64,000 bases of DNA. It comes from an uncultured delta proteobacterium (GTDB lineage: Bacteria > Myxococcota > Myxococcia > Myxococcales > Myxococcaceae). The translations under genes were made by a program, and so were the position numbers. The stretch is from NCBI GenBank assembly GCA_963796055.1, contig CAWCKH010000004.1, positions 672,001-736,000 of the forward strand, in the 5' to 3' direction. The stretch's first letter is position 1, and the number at the start of each line of letters is the position of its first letter. The notes beneath the pieces are model-generated. The model searched no databases. It saw only the letters and a program-made list of their open reading frames with translations, and had not been told where the DNA came from. Below are positions 9,402 to 19,002 of the stretch, piece by piece.

Positions 9402-10211
9402 ATGACCACCTTGGCGAGGGCGGTGCAGGAGGCCCGCGGCGCCCGGAGCACCGCCATGCCGGCCGGGCACCGCGCCATCTTCGACTGGGCGCTCCACGGG
9501 GAGCAGGGTGCGCTCTATGCCGCGTGTCAGGTGACCGAGGCGGTGCCGTGGCTGGACGCCAAGCTCTACGGCAGCAGCCAGGTGGTGGACGAGGGGCGGC
9601 ACGTCGAGGTGTTCCACGGCTACCTCACCCGGAAGCTGGAGAAGCTCTACGAGATCAACGACAACCTCTACACCATCGTCGACGCGCTGATGACTGACTC
9701 CCGCTGGGACATGAAGTTCCTCGGGATGCAGATCATGATCGAGGGGCTGGCGCTGGGGGCGTTCGGCACCTTCCGGCAGGTCACCGGCGAGCCCCTGTTG
9801 AAAAGCCTCCTCACCTACGTCATCACCGACGAGGCGCGGCACGTCCACTTCGGCGTGCTGGCGCTCGACGAATGGATTCAGCAGCTGAGCGACCGGGAAC
9901 GGAGGGAGCGCGAGGACTGGGCGTTCGAGGTCTCCCTGCTGCTCCGCAACCGCTTCCTGGCATGGGAATTCTACGAGGAACACTGGGCGCACGCCTTCAC
10001 CCGCGCGGAGTGGGAACGGCTGAGCGTGGGCAGCAAGCTGATGGGTGCGTTCCGGCAGACGATGTTCAAGCGCATCGTCCCCAATCTGAAACGCATTGGA
10101 CTGCTCTCCGACCGGATCCGTCCCCGGTACGACGCCCTGGGCCTGCTGGCGTACGAGAATGGCCGCGCCGCGCCGGAGCTGACCGCGACCGACCTTCTCG
10201 AGGACCGCTAG
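9402..10211 (+). CDS. Ferritin-like diiron protein (AurF/diiron oxygenase-like)
   Basis: LHGEQGAL, DEGRH, IEGLA and DEARH form the E...ExxH...E...ExxH diiron ligand set. Confidence 0.85.
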   Translation: MTTLARAVQEARGARSTAMPAGHRAIFDWALHGEQGALYAACQVTEAVPWLDAKLYGSSQVVDEGRHVEVFHGYLTRKLEKLYEINDNLYTIVDALMTDSRWDMKFLGMQIMIEGLALGAFGTFRQVTGEPLLKSLLTYVITDEARHVHFGVLALDEWIQQLSDRERREREDWAFEVSLLLRNRFLAWEFYEEHWAHAFTRAEWERLSVGSKLMGAFRQTMFKRIVPNLKRIGLLSDRIRPRYDALGLLAYENGRAAPELTATDLLEDR

Positions 10212-10230
10212 CGGCGCGAGATTCCCTCCC

Positions 10231-11706
10231 ATGGCATCTCTGAACGCGCTCCGCGTCGAAGCCGAGGCGTGGCTGGAGGAGCTGGGGCGCGCCCGGGCCC
10301 AGGCGGCGCCGGGAGTGGCGCAGCTCGGGGCGGTGGACCAGAGCCACCGCGAGGTGGTCTCGGCCGACACCGCGCGGGCGGTGGGAGCACTGCTCGCCTC
10401 GAGCCGGGTACCGGCACCGGAGCTGCCGCGGCTGAGGATGCTGGTGCGCTTCCTCGAGGACGCCTCGCTGGAGGCCGCGGCGCGCGAGGGCCGCACGGCG
10501 CTCGAGGTGTCGCGGTGGCGGAGCGCGCCCGAGAGCGGGCTGGAGCTGCCGCTGGCCGAGGCCGAGGCGGAGCTCCCCCGGGCGGAGGAGCGCCTCGCCC
10601 GCCTGCAGTGTGAGGCGGCGGTGGACCGCGGCTGGGAGGCTCTGCTCCCTAGAGCCCAGCGGGTGCAAGGGGCGTTGACCGAGGGGGCAAACGCGCTGGG
10701 AGCGCCCAGCCTCCCGGTGCTGGTCGACGCACGGCGGGACCCGGCCTGGACGGCACTCGACACCGCAGGGTTCCTTCGCACCACCGAGGACGCCTACCGC
10801 GACGTGCTGGGCTGGGCACTGGGAAAGGTGGCGCCGCGGCTCGCCCCGCTCCCACGGGGGGACGCGACGCTCGGCGACCTGGACCGGGTGCGTGCGCTGC
10901 CTGGCTACCCGGGGGCGCTGGAGGCGGCGGACGAGGCGCTCCGCGCGTGGGTGGAACGGCTGCCGGACGTGGAGGAGCGTGCGCGCCACCTCCGCACGCG
11001 GATGGTGCCCCCGGCGGCCGCCCGGGCCATCGCGGTGGACGTTCCCGAGCAGATCGAGCTCCTGCTCCCGGCGGTGACGGACGGGGCCGAGGCTCCGGCG
11101 CGCTTCTTCTGGACTGGCTGCGCGCTGCACCTCGCCTCGGTCGAGTCCGACGCTCCGGTGGAGCACCGGTGGATGGGGGATCGCGCCGTGGTGGCCGCCT
11201 CGGGCTGGCTGGTGCGCGGGCTGCTCTGGCACGAGCGCTGGCTGCGTGAAGTGCTCGGGCTGGGGCGGGCCACCGCGCGGGAAGTGGCACGGATGGAGGC
11301 GCTGGTGGCGCTGGGGACGCTCCGGGCCGAGGCGGCGCTCGACCCTCACCGCCGGGCGATGGCCAGCGCGGGTCCGACCCTGCAGCGACTCGGAGGCGCG
11401 GCCGAGGCGGTCGCGGCAGCGCTGAGCGTCCAAGTGGGCCGGGGCCGCGCCCTGGGGATGGTCGCGGACCTGGACGTCACCCGGCGACGGCTCCGTGCCG
11501 CGGCGCTCGCCAGCTGCCTGTGGGCGGAGGCGGACCGGCGGTTCGACGCGGACGAGTTCCGGAACCCGGTGGCGGCGCGGTGGCTCGTCGCCCTCTGGAG
11601 CCGGGGGGCGCCCGAGGCGCCGGAGCAGATGGCACCGGCGCTCTGCGCGAGCCCGCTCGGATTCGAGCGCCTCGGGGCCGAGCTGGTGGCGGTGCTCGGC
11701 GCCTGA
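10231..11706 (+). CDS. Hypothetical protein, distantly zincin/M3-peptidase-like, lacking HExxH
   Basis: Long GC3-rich ORF; RAIAVDVPEQIELL...FFWTGCALHLA...WMGDRAV...RRFDADEFRNP pattern recalls M3-like proteins. Confidence 0.6.
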   Translation: MASLNALRVEAEAWLEELGRARAQAAPGVAQLGAVDQSHREVVSADTARAVGALLASSRVPAPELPRLRMLVRFLEDASLEAAAREGRTALEVSRWRSAPESGLELPLAEAEAELPRAEERLARLQCEAAVDRGWEALLPRAQRVQGALTEGANALGAPSLPVLVDARRDPAWTALDTAGFLRTTEDAYRDVLGWALGKVAPRLAPLPRGDATLGDLDRVRALPGYPGALEAADEALRAWVERLPDVEERARHLRTRMVPPAAARAIAVDVPEQIELLLPAVTDGAEAPARFFWTGCALHLASVESDAPVEHRWMGDRAVVAASGWLVRGLLWHERWLREVLGLGRATAREVARMEALVALGTLRAEAALDPHRRAMASAGPTLQRLGGAAEAVAAALSVQVGRGRALGMVADLDVTRRRLRAAALASCLWAEADRRFDADEFRNPVAARWLVALWSRGAPEAPEQMAPALCASPLGFERLGAELVAVLGA

Positions 11707-11720
11707 GGTCCAGGCTCAGC

Positions 11721-12002
11721 TCAGCGGCGGCCGCGAAGGGCGCGGACGATCTTCGACTTCGCGGGCGAAGGCATCCGCGGGACACGGGCCCGGGCCTGCC
11801 GGGCGAGCTGGAGCTCGAGGAGGAGCAGCTCGTCGGCGAGCTCGCTCCCCTCCGTTGCGATGCGGGCCAGCGGGGCATCGGCCCGGACGCCCACGCCGTG
11901 GAGCATGCGGATCGCGCGCTCCTCGTCCGGAGTCAGGTGGCGGTCCTGCGTGCGCAGCGCCTCCCTGACGGCTCCGGACTGCTTCTTCGGCGTGCGCTCC
12001 AT
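11721..12002 (-). CDS. Small basic protein with a sigma70 region-4-like segment
   Basis: GAGGAG RBS before the ATG; LTPDEERAIRMLHG resembles sigma region 4.1 LTPREEKVLRMRFG; C-terminal KSKIVRALRGRR. Confidence 0.7.
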   Translation of the reverse strand: MERTPKKQSGAVREALRTQDRHLTPDEERAIRMLHGVGVRADAPLARIATEGSELADELLLLELQLARQARARVPRMPSPAKSKIVRALRGRR

Positions 12003-12153
12003 GGCTCCTCGTCCAGTGTCTCACCTCTGAACGGGCGTCCAGAGGAGCCGCTTCAGAACCGCGGCGTTCCGATACCTTACGGGCAGGTCCGGGGAGATCA
12101 ACTTTTCGAGCGTCAGCGGAGAGGAGAGGCCGAAAACCCGAGCCGGACCGGGC

Positions 12154-13170
12154 CTATCCGGAGGTGTCGTCGTCCACCTCGGCCTCCACGCCGGCGTCGG
12201 CGCTGCCCTTTCGCTGGATGCCGAACCGGTCGAGCGCATCGGCGATGCCTTCGGGCTTGTCGGCGTCGGCGAGATGCCCCTCGGGAGGCTGGATGGCGAC
12301 GGGCTTGCCCACGTCCTTGATGCGCTCGTCGAGCACCACGTGGAGCTGTGCCAGAGCCACGCCCTTCTCGCCGGCAACGCCCAGGGTGCCGTCGAGGTGA
12401 GCGCGGAGGACGACCGCGGTAGCCGCGTCGACCACCACCTCCCCGGTGAGCTTCCTCGGCTGTCGCTGCTCCATGAACCGCTGACGACGGGCGGTGTCGT
12501 CGTCGAGACCGCTGCGGGCGTGGGCGAGCGGGGGCGGCGTCTCCCCCCTGGCGGACTTCACCTGGGCCGGGGCGTCGGCGAGGCGCAGGGTGTAGCGCAC
12601 CGCCGGGCGCCCCTCGATCGAGGTGGGTCCAGCGAGCGCGAGCTCGAGCCGGCCCTGGAAGAGGCCGTCCAGCTGCTGCAGCGCACCGGCGGTCTCATCG
12701 CGGGTGCGCTCGGCCATGCCCCGGTCTCGCAGGCGGAGCCGGTACTTGCCGTACTTGCTGCGGGCGAAGACCTGGCCCCGGGCGCGGACGACCTCCAGTC
12801 CCTGGTCGCGGCTGTTGTCGATGCGGGCGTGGAAGTCTCCGGCGACGCCACCCGCGGCGGACTCGAGGAGCCGGGTCTCGGTGAGCTTCACCGTGTCCTT
12901 CCCCGCGGTCCAGGTGAAGGAGACCTCGGCGCTGAAGCGGTGGGGCCCCAGGCGCTCGGTCACCTCGGCGGGCCCCATGTCCACCACCCGGTGCGCGAGC
13001 TTGGGGTCCGAGCCCAGCTTCTGGGCGTCGAGGCTCTCCTTGGCCGAGGCGACCACCGCCGGCGGAGCCTCCGGCGAGAAGATGCGCTCCTTGGCAGCGC
13101 GGTCGACCGGTTCAGTGCAGGCGGCGAGCAGCGCCAGCGCTGCGGGGAGGAGACGGGAAGAGTGCAGCAC
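12154..13170 (-). CDS. Hypothetical lipoprotein
   Basis: GTG 13170 start gives VLHSSRLLPAALALLAAC (lipobox LAAC) then TEPVDRAAKERIFSPE. Confidence 0.75.
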   Translation of the reverse strand: MLHSSRLLPAALALLAACTEPVDRAAKERIFSPEAPPAVVASAKESLDAQKLGSDPKLAHRVVDMGPAEVTERLGPHRFSAEVSFTWTAGKDTVKLTETRLLESAAGGVAGDFHARIDNSRDQGLEVVRARGQVFARSKYGKYRLRLRDRGMAERTRDETAGALQQLDGLFQGRLELALAGPTSIEGRPAVRYTLRLADAPAQVKSARGETPPPLAHARSGLDDDTARRQRFMEQRQPRKLTGEVVVDAATAVVLRAHLDGTLGVAGEKGVALAQLHVVLDERIKDVGKPVAIQPPEGHLADADKPEGIADALDRFGIQRKGSADAGVEAEVDDDTSG

Positions 13171-13237
13171 GGAACGGACGGACCCTAGCACGGGACTTCC
13201 GCCCGGAACCTGGACGTGGTGAGAAGCCACCCGCACC

Positions 13238-13957
13238 GTGCAGAACCTCCGCGACAAGCTGCTCAAGGCCGGCCTGGTCACGGCCGAGCAGGCAGAAGAA
13301 GCCGAGAGGACCCCCGAGCCGCCGCCGCGCCCCGAGCGGCGCCGGGAGCGACCGGACCGCCCGTCACCCGCGCCCGGGAAGTCGGGCGGACCGTGGATGG
13401 TGGTCCGGCCACAGCCGCTGGGCGCCATCCCCAAGCTGCCGCCGCTGCCGGGAAGCAAGGCCTCGCAGCGGCTGGAGGCGAAGCGCCAGCTGGAGCGCGA
13501 CCGCCAGCTCCGTGAGCGGGTGCTCACCGCGCAGGTACCGCTCGAGCCGGGCGAGCGGACGTTTTATTTCGTCACCCGGAAGAACCGTCTCCGGCGGCTC
13601 GAGCTGGCCGACGCGCAGGCCGAGGCGCTGGAGCAGGGCCGGCTGGCGGTGGTGGAACGGCCCGATCCGGCCCAGCTGGAGCACGCGCTGGTGCCGGCGG
13701 AGCTCGCCCTGGCGCTGGTCGCCGAGTTCCCGAAGGCGGTGCGCTTCCTGAACGCACCCGGCTCACCAGTGGGTTTCCTCAGCGACGAGGAGGTCAAGGC
13801 GCGCGCCGCGGCCGAGGCCGCCGAGACCCCCGAGGAGCGGGCCGCGGCCGACGCGCCCCAGAGCGAGGAGCAGCGGGCCGAGGAGGCCGCCGACGCCGCC
13901 GAGGCGGAAGGGCCGGTCGAGTCAGCTGCGGCCCGGCCGTCGAGCGAGCCGCCCTGA
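13238..13957 (+). CDS. DUF2058/YaiL-like hypothetical protein
   Basis: MQNLRDKLLKAGLV N-terminal motif; FYFVTRKNRLRRL; acidic low-complexity tail. Confidence 0.75.
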   Translation: MQNLRDKLLKAGLVTAEQAEEAERTPEPPPRPERRRERPDRPSPAPGKSGGPWMVVRPQPLGAIPKLPPLPGSKASQRLEAKRQLERDRQLRERVLTAQVPLEPGERTFYFVTRKNRLRRLELADAQAEALEQGRLAVVERPDPAQLEHALVPAELALALVAEFPKAVRFLNAPGSPVGFLSDEEVKARAAAEAAETPEERAAADAPQSEEQRAEEAADAAEAEGPVESAAARPSSEPP

Positions 13958-14056
13958 GGCCCGGGCGGCCGGGACGCAGCGCAGGGGGCCGGTTCCCCCC
14001 GTCCGACATCGAGCGCAGGATTCGAGGCGCCGTCACGCGGCGGCGGTGACAGCTCC

Positions 14057-14743
14057 ATGGGCATGGTCGGGAACGACTGGACAGCGGCCCTCGAGGTGAG
14101 CGGGCACGGAGTCATTCGCGGGCTCCTGGGGGCGCCCGAGTGCGTTGCCATCGCGGCGTTGTACGACGAGCCGGCCCGCTTCCGCTCCAGGGTGGTGATG
14201 GCCAAGCACGGCTTCGGCCGGGGCGAGTACCAGTACTTCGCCCATCCCCTGCCCGAGCGCGTGTCGACGCTCCGCCGGTCGCTCTACGAGGCGCTGGTCC
14301 CGGCGGCCAACCGCTGGGCGGAGGCGCTCGGCAAGCCGAGCCGCTACCCGGACACGCTGGAGAAGTACCTGGACCGCTGCCATGCCGCGGGCCAGACCCG
14401 GCCCACGCCGCTGCTGCTCCGGTACGTCCCGGGCGACTTCAACTGCCTGCACCAGGACCTCTACGGGCCGGCGGCGTTCCCCTTCCAGGTGGCGGTCCTC
14501 CTCAGCAGGCCCGAGGCGGACTTCACAGGCGGGGAGCTCGTGCTCACCCAGCAACGCCCGCGGATGCAGTCGCGGGTGGACGTGGTGCCGCTGGCGCAGG
14601 GAGACGCCGTCGCCTTCGCGGTGAACGAGCGGCCGGTCCAGGGGACGCGCGGAGTGTACCGGGTGCGCATGCGCCACGGGGTCAGCGAGGTGCGCACCGG
14701 TCGCCGCCACACGCTGGGGATCATCTTCCACGACGCCACCTGA
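14057..14743 (+). CDS. 2OG-Fe(II) oxygenase (DUF2086-type)
   Basis: HGFGRGEYQYF, NCLHQDLYG (HxD), FTGGELVLTQQRPRMQSR, MRHGVS, RHTLGIIFHDA; start uncertain. Confidence 0.9.
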   Translation: MGMVGNDWTAALEVSGHGVIRGLLGAPECVAIAALYDEPARFRSRVVMAKHGFGRGEYQYFAHPLPERVSTLRRSLYEALVPAANRWAEALGKPSRYPDTLEKYLDRCHAAGQTRPTPLLLRYVPGDFNCLHQDLYGPAAFPFQVAVLLSRPEADFTGGELVLTQQRPRMQSRVDVVPLAQGDAVAFAVNERPVQGTRGVYRVRMRHGVSEVRTGRRHTLGIIFHDAT

Positions 14744-14907
14744 GCGCGGCGGCGTCCGGCGGTCCCGGGCGCCGCTCATCGCCTGCGCCGCGGCGGCCAT
14801 CGTCCTCGCCGCCGGGCTGCTCCTGGGCACCCGGGCACGGACCAGGGCACGACGGCCCGTCGAGGGGGCATGAACGCGGGCCGCGGCCGTTGACCCCGGG
14901 GCCGCGG

Positions 14908-15378
14908 TCAGTGGCGAGGAGCGGCGACCGCCTCGATCTCGACCAGGAGATCGTCGCGGACGAGGCCCTTCACCTCGACCAGGGTGCTCGCGGGGCGCGG
15001 CCCCTCCCCAAGGAACTGCTCGCGAACCTCGCGGTACACGGCGATCTGGCTCGCATCCCGCACGTACCAGTTGAGCTTCACCACGTCGGCGAAGGTCGCC
15101 CCGGCCGACTCGAGCGCGATCTTCAGATTGCGGAACACCTGCTCGGTCTGCGCCCGGACGTCACCGGGACCCACGACGTTGCCCTTCGCGTCGAAGGCGA
15201 CCTGTCCGGCGACGTACACCATCCGCCCGGCGGGCACGTCGACCACGTGGGTGTAGCCGCGCGGGGGCGCGAGCCCGGGCGGATTGGAGAAGGTCGACGC
15301 TGGCATGGTGGATCCTCCGGGGTGTGCGCAGGCGATGGAGAGAACGGCGAGGAGCGAGGGCGTCAGCAGGGAGCGCAT
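14908..15378 (-). CDS. Rid (RidA/YjgF/UK114) family protein; alternative start at ATG 15306
   Basis: GYTHVV, VYVAGQV, AQTEQVFRNL, DVVKLN, PASTLVEV, LLVEIEAVA. Confidence 0.88.
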   Translation of the reverse strand: MRSLLTPSLLAVLSIACAHPGGSTMPASTFSNPPGLAPPRGYTHVVDVPAGRMVYVAGQVAFDAKGNVVGPGDVRAQTEQVFRNLKIALESAGATFADVVKLNWYVRDASQIAVYREVREQFLGEGPRPASTLVEVKGLVRDDLLVEIEAVAAPRH

Positions 15379-15470
15379 CGGTCTCGGGTGGGGAACGGCA
15401 GGATTGTGCGCCCGGGCGCTCGGGCTCGCACGGCGACGCAGGGAGCTGGCCTCGCCGGGATGGGAGTGGG

Positions 15471-16688
15471 TCAGAGGCGATCGACGACGGGGAAGTCGAA
15501 CGAGACCAGCTCGCCATACTTGAGACCTGTGCCGGTGTTCATGAGGACAATCTGTTCCTCGCGGTCGATCGCTCCGCTGGCCACAAGCTTCTTGATGCCG
15601 GCCCAGACCGCGCCACCCTCGGGCGCGGCGAAGACACCCTCGCTGGCGGCGATCTCCCGCATCCCGTCGAGCGCCTCGTCGTCGGTGACGGTGAGGGCGG
15701 TGCCACCCGAGCGGCGAATCAGGTCCAGCATGATGGAGTCGGCGACGGCCGCCGGAACGCGAAGGCCACTGATGCGGGTGTGGGCATCGGCGACGGCCGG
15801 CGCGTGGTCGAGCCCCTGCTGGAAGGCCCGGACGATGGGAGCGCAGCCCTCGGTCTGGACGGCGATCATCCGTGGACGCCGGGAGTCGATCCATCCGAGC
15901 TGCTCCAGCTCCTCGAGCGCCTTCCAGATCCCGACCAGGCCGGTGCCGCCCCCCGTGGGGTAGACGATGACGTCGGGCACCTTCCAGCCGAGCTGCTCGA
16001 CCAGCTCCAGGCCCATCGTCTTCTTCCCCTCGGCGCGGTAGGGCTCCTTGAGCGTCGAGAGATCGAACCAGCCCTCCTCGGCGGCACGCTTCCGCACCCA
16101 GGCACCGCAGTCGCTGATCAGCCCCCGGACGAGCACCACCTCCGCGCCGGCCACGCCGGACTCCTTCTTGTTCAGCTCCGGCGCATCGACCGGCATGTAG
16201 ACGTGGGCCTTCAGCCCGGCCCGGGCCGCATAGGCGGCAAGAGCGCCGCCCGCGTTCCCTGCCGTCGGGAGCGCGACCTCATGCGCGCCGAGCTCGCCGG
16301 CCCGGGACACCGCCGCCGAGATGCCGCGCGCCTTGAAGGAGCCGGTGGGATTGCTGCCCTCGTCCTTGAGGAGCAGCCGTTTCAGCCCGGCGCGGGCCCC
16401 GAGCCGCGGCACGGGAAGGAGCGGCGAGTCCCCTTCCCCGAGCGAGACGATGTGTCGGGCATCCCGGACCGGCAGCAGCTCGCGCCAGCGCCACATGCCG
16501 CGGGGGCGAGCGGCGACCGACTCCGGAGAGAGGGTCCGGGCAGCGCGCCGGAGGTCGTAGCGGGCGAGGAGCACCTTGCCGCAGTCCGGACAGAGGTTCT
16601 GAAGACGGTCGGCGTCGTGCTCCTGCCCGCACGCGCTGCACTGGAGGTGGGTGAGCGTGCTGCCCGTGTCGGAGCTCGACCTGGCCAT
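15471..16688 (-). CDS. thrC: Threonine synthase (PLP-dependent, fold type II)
   Basis: N-terminal CxxC...CxxC, SLGEGDSPL, KDEGSNPTGSFKARG (PLP Lys), PTAGNAG, YPTGGGTG, NTGTGLKY. Confidence 0.9.
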   Translation of the reverse strand: MARSSSDTGSTLTHLQCSACGQEHDADRLQNLCPDCGKVLLARYDLRRAARTLSPESVAARPRGMWRWRELLPVRDARHIVSLGEGDSPLLPVPRLGARAGLKRLLLKDEGSNPTGSFKARGISAAVSRAGELGAHEVALPTAGNAGGALAAYAARAGLKAHVYMPVDAPELNKKESGVAGAEVVLVRGLISDCGAWVRKRAAEEGWFDLSTLKEPYRAEGKKTMGLELVEQLGWKVPDVIVYPTGGGTGLVGIWKALEELEQLGWIDSRRPRMIAVQTEGCAPIVRAFQQGLDHAPAVADAHTRISGLRVPAAVADSIMLDLIRRSGGTALTVTDDEALDGMREIAASEGVFAAPEGGAVWAGIKKLVASGAIDREEQIVLMNTGTGLKYGELVSFDFPVVDRL

Positions 16689-16738
16689 CGGCGGCACCGT
16701 AGCCGACAGCCTTCGAGCGCCGCCAACGTCGCCGCTCC

Positions 16739-17917
16739 TCACCCGAAGGCGTCGATCCCGGTGATCGCCTTGCCCAGCACCAGGGTGTGCACCTCGTGCG
16801 TGCCCTCGTAGGTGAGCACCGACTCGAGGTTCAACGCATGCCGCAGCGGGGGGAAGTCGTCGGTGATGCCGTTCGCCCCGAGGATGGTCCGTGCCGAGCG
16901 CGCGATCTCCAGCGCCGACCGCACGTTGGCCCGCTTCGCCAGCGACACCAGCACCGGGCTCGCTTGTCCCTCGTCCTTGAGGCGCATCAGCCGGAGTCCG
17001 AGCAGCTGCGCCTGGACGATGCGCTCCAGCATGTCCGCGAGCTTCTCCTGGGTGAGCTGGAACGAGCCGATGGGCCGGTCGAACTGCCGCCGCTGCAGCG
17101 CATAGCTCCGCGCCGCCTCGAAGCAGGCGATGGCCGCCCCCGTCACCGCGAAGGCGATGCCCGCCCGCGCATTGTTCAGGCAGCTCAGAGGCCCGCGCAG
17201 CCCCTGGACGCCCGGAAGCACGTTCCGGTCCGGGACACGCACCTCGGTGAACGACAGCTCGGCGGTCCACGACGCCCGGAGCGACAGCTTCCCGGGAATC
17301 TCCCTGGCCACGAAACCCGGCATCCCCTTCTCCACCAGGAAGCCGCGCACCGACTCCGGGCCGCCTTCGCCGGTCTTGGCCCACACCACCGCGACGTCGG
17401 CCACCGTCCCGTTGGTGATCCACGCCTTGCTTCCGTCGAGCACCCAGCCGTCGCCGTCGCGCACGGCCCCGGTCCGCATGCTGCCCGGATCCGAGCCCGC
17501 CTCCGGCTCGGTCAGCCCGAAGCAGCCGATGCACGCACCGCGCGCCATCGCCGGGAGGAAGCGCTGCTTCTGCTCCTCCGAGCCCCAGGCGTGGAGGGGG
17601 TACATCACCAGCGAGCCCTGCACCGAGGCGAAGCTCCGCAGCCCCGAGTCGCCGCGCTCCAGCTCTTGCAGCCCGAGCCCGTAGGCCACATTGCTCACCC
17701 CGGCGCAGCCGTACCCGGACAGGTTCGCCCCGAGGACGCCCAGCTCCCCCAGCCGCGGGACGAGCTGGGCGGGGAATGTCCCCTCGCGGAAGTGCCGCCC
17801 GATGACCGGAAGCACCTCCGTGTCCACCACCCGGGCCACCGAATCGCGCACCGCCCGCTCGTCCGCCGACAGCGCGTCGTCCAGCCGGTACAGCGCCTCG
17901 ACCCCGCTCCGCTCCAC
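16739..17917 (-). CDS. Acyl-CoA dehydrogenase (glutaryl-CoA dehydrogenase-like)
   Basis: GAGGAG RBS before the GTG; ELERGDSGLRSFASVQGSLVMYP, GCFGLTEPEAGSDP, KAWITNG, RRQFDRPI, LESVLTYEGTHEVH. Confidence 0.92.
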   Translation of the reverse strand: MERSGVEALYRLDDALSADERAVRDSVARVVDTEVLPVIGRHFREGTFPAQLVPRLGELGVLGANLSGYGCAGVSNVAYGLGLQELERGDSGLRSFASVQGSLVMYPLHAWGSEEQKQRFLPAMARGACIGCFGLTEPEAGSDPGSMRTGAVRDGDGWVLDGSKAWITNGTVADVAVVWAKTGEGGPESVRGFLVEKGMPGFVAREIPGKLSLRASWTAELSFTEVRVPDRNVLPGVQGLRGPLSCLNNARAGIAFAVTGAAIACFEAARSYALQRRQFDRPIGSFQLTQEKLADMLERIVQAQLLGLRLMRLKDEGQASPVLVSLAKRANVRSALEIARSARTILGANGITDDFPPLRHALNLESVLTYEGTHEVHTLVLGKAITGIDAFG

Positions 17918-17934
17918 GTCGCCTCCTCGCACCG

Positions 17935-19002
17935 CTACAGCGGCAACACGCCCTCGACCTGCTGGAGCAGCTGGAGCCGCCGGGCCATCACCGGGCTCGA
18001 GCCGTCCTCGAGCGCGGCCGTTTCTTGCAGCACCCGCTCGAGCGGGAAGCGCTTCACCGAACCGTCCGAGGTGGCCACGCCGCCGGGGAGCGGCGCGTTC
18101 CAGGCCACCATCTCGTCGGTCGCGCCCTCGAGGAGGCCAATCACCGCGCCGAACGCGAGCCGGGCCGAGACCATCCGGTCGAGGAAGCTCGGATGGCCGC
18201 CGCGCACCACGTGACCCAGGACCACCGCCCGGACCTCCACCTGTCCCAGCTTCTCCTCCACCCGCCGGACCAGCCGGGTGCAGGGGATCTCCACGCCCTC
18301 GGCCTTGATGATCAGCACTCGCCGCTTCCCCCGGGCGAAGCCCTGCGCCACCACCGAGGCCACCGCCTGGACGATGGTCTCCTCGTCCCGCTTCTGCTCG
18401 CGGAACAGCACCGCGTCTGCGCCCACCGCCACCGCCGAGGCCATCGCCAGGTAGCCGCACGCCCGCCCCATCACCTCCACCACGAAGGCCCGGTGGTGCG
18501 CCCGGGCGGTGTCGTCCACGTGGTCGCACGCCTCGACGATGGTGTTGAGCGCGGTGTCGGTCCCGATCGCCAGCGCGGTGCACCCGATGTCGTTGTCGAT
18601 GGACGCGGGAACGCCCATCACCCGGACGCCATGCTCGCGGGCGAGCGCGTGGGCGCCGGTCAGCGAACCGTTCCCGCCGATGACCACCAGGCCGTCCACC
18701 CCGGCAGCCCGGAGCGCCTCGACCGCGCGCGCCCGCCCCGCCGGCTCCCGAAAGCGGGCGCTCCGCGCCGAGCCGATCACCGTCCCGCCCTGGCCACCGA
18801 GCACGTCGAGACCCGACTCGCCCAGGAGCACGCACGGACCGGGGACCACCTCCACCATCCGTCCGTCGATGAGCCCCTCGTACCCGTCACGCACCCCCAG
18901 CAGCCGCACGCCCCGCGCCGCGCAGGTCTTCGCCGCCGCCCGGAGCGCCGCGTTCATCCCCGGGCTGTCCCCGCCCGAGGTGAGGAGGGCCAGAGTCTTC
19001 AC
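17935..19002 (-). CDS. pfkA: ATP-dependent 6-phosphofructokinase
   Basis: LTSGGDSPGMNAA, GGTVIGSAR, IGGNGS, PASIDNDI, VEVMGR, LGHVVRGG. Confidence 0.95.
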   Translation of the reverse strand: MKTLALLTSGGDSPGMNAALRAAAKTCAARGVRLLGVRDGYEGLIDGRMVEVVPGPCVLLGESGLDVLGGQGGTVIGSARSARFREPAGRARAVEALRAAGVDGLVVIGGNGSLTGAHALAREHGVRVMGVPASIDNDIGCTALAIGTDTALNTIVEACDHVDDTARAHHRAFVVEVMGRACGYLAMASAVAVGADAVLFREQKRDEETIVQAVASVVAQGFARGKRRVLIIKAEGVEIPCTRLVRRVEEKLGQVEVRAVVLGHVVRGGHPSFLDRMVSARLAFGAVIGLLEGATDEMVAWNAPLPGGVATSDGSVKRFPLERVLQETAALEDGSSPVMARRLQLLQQVEGVLPL

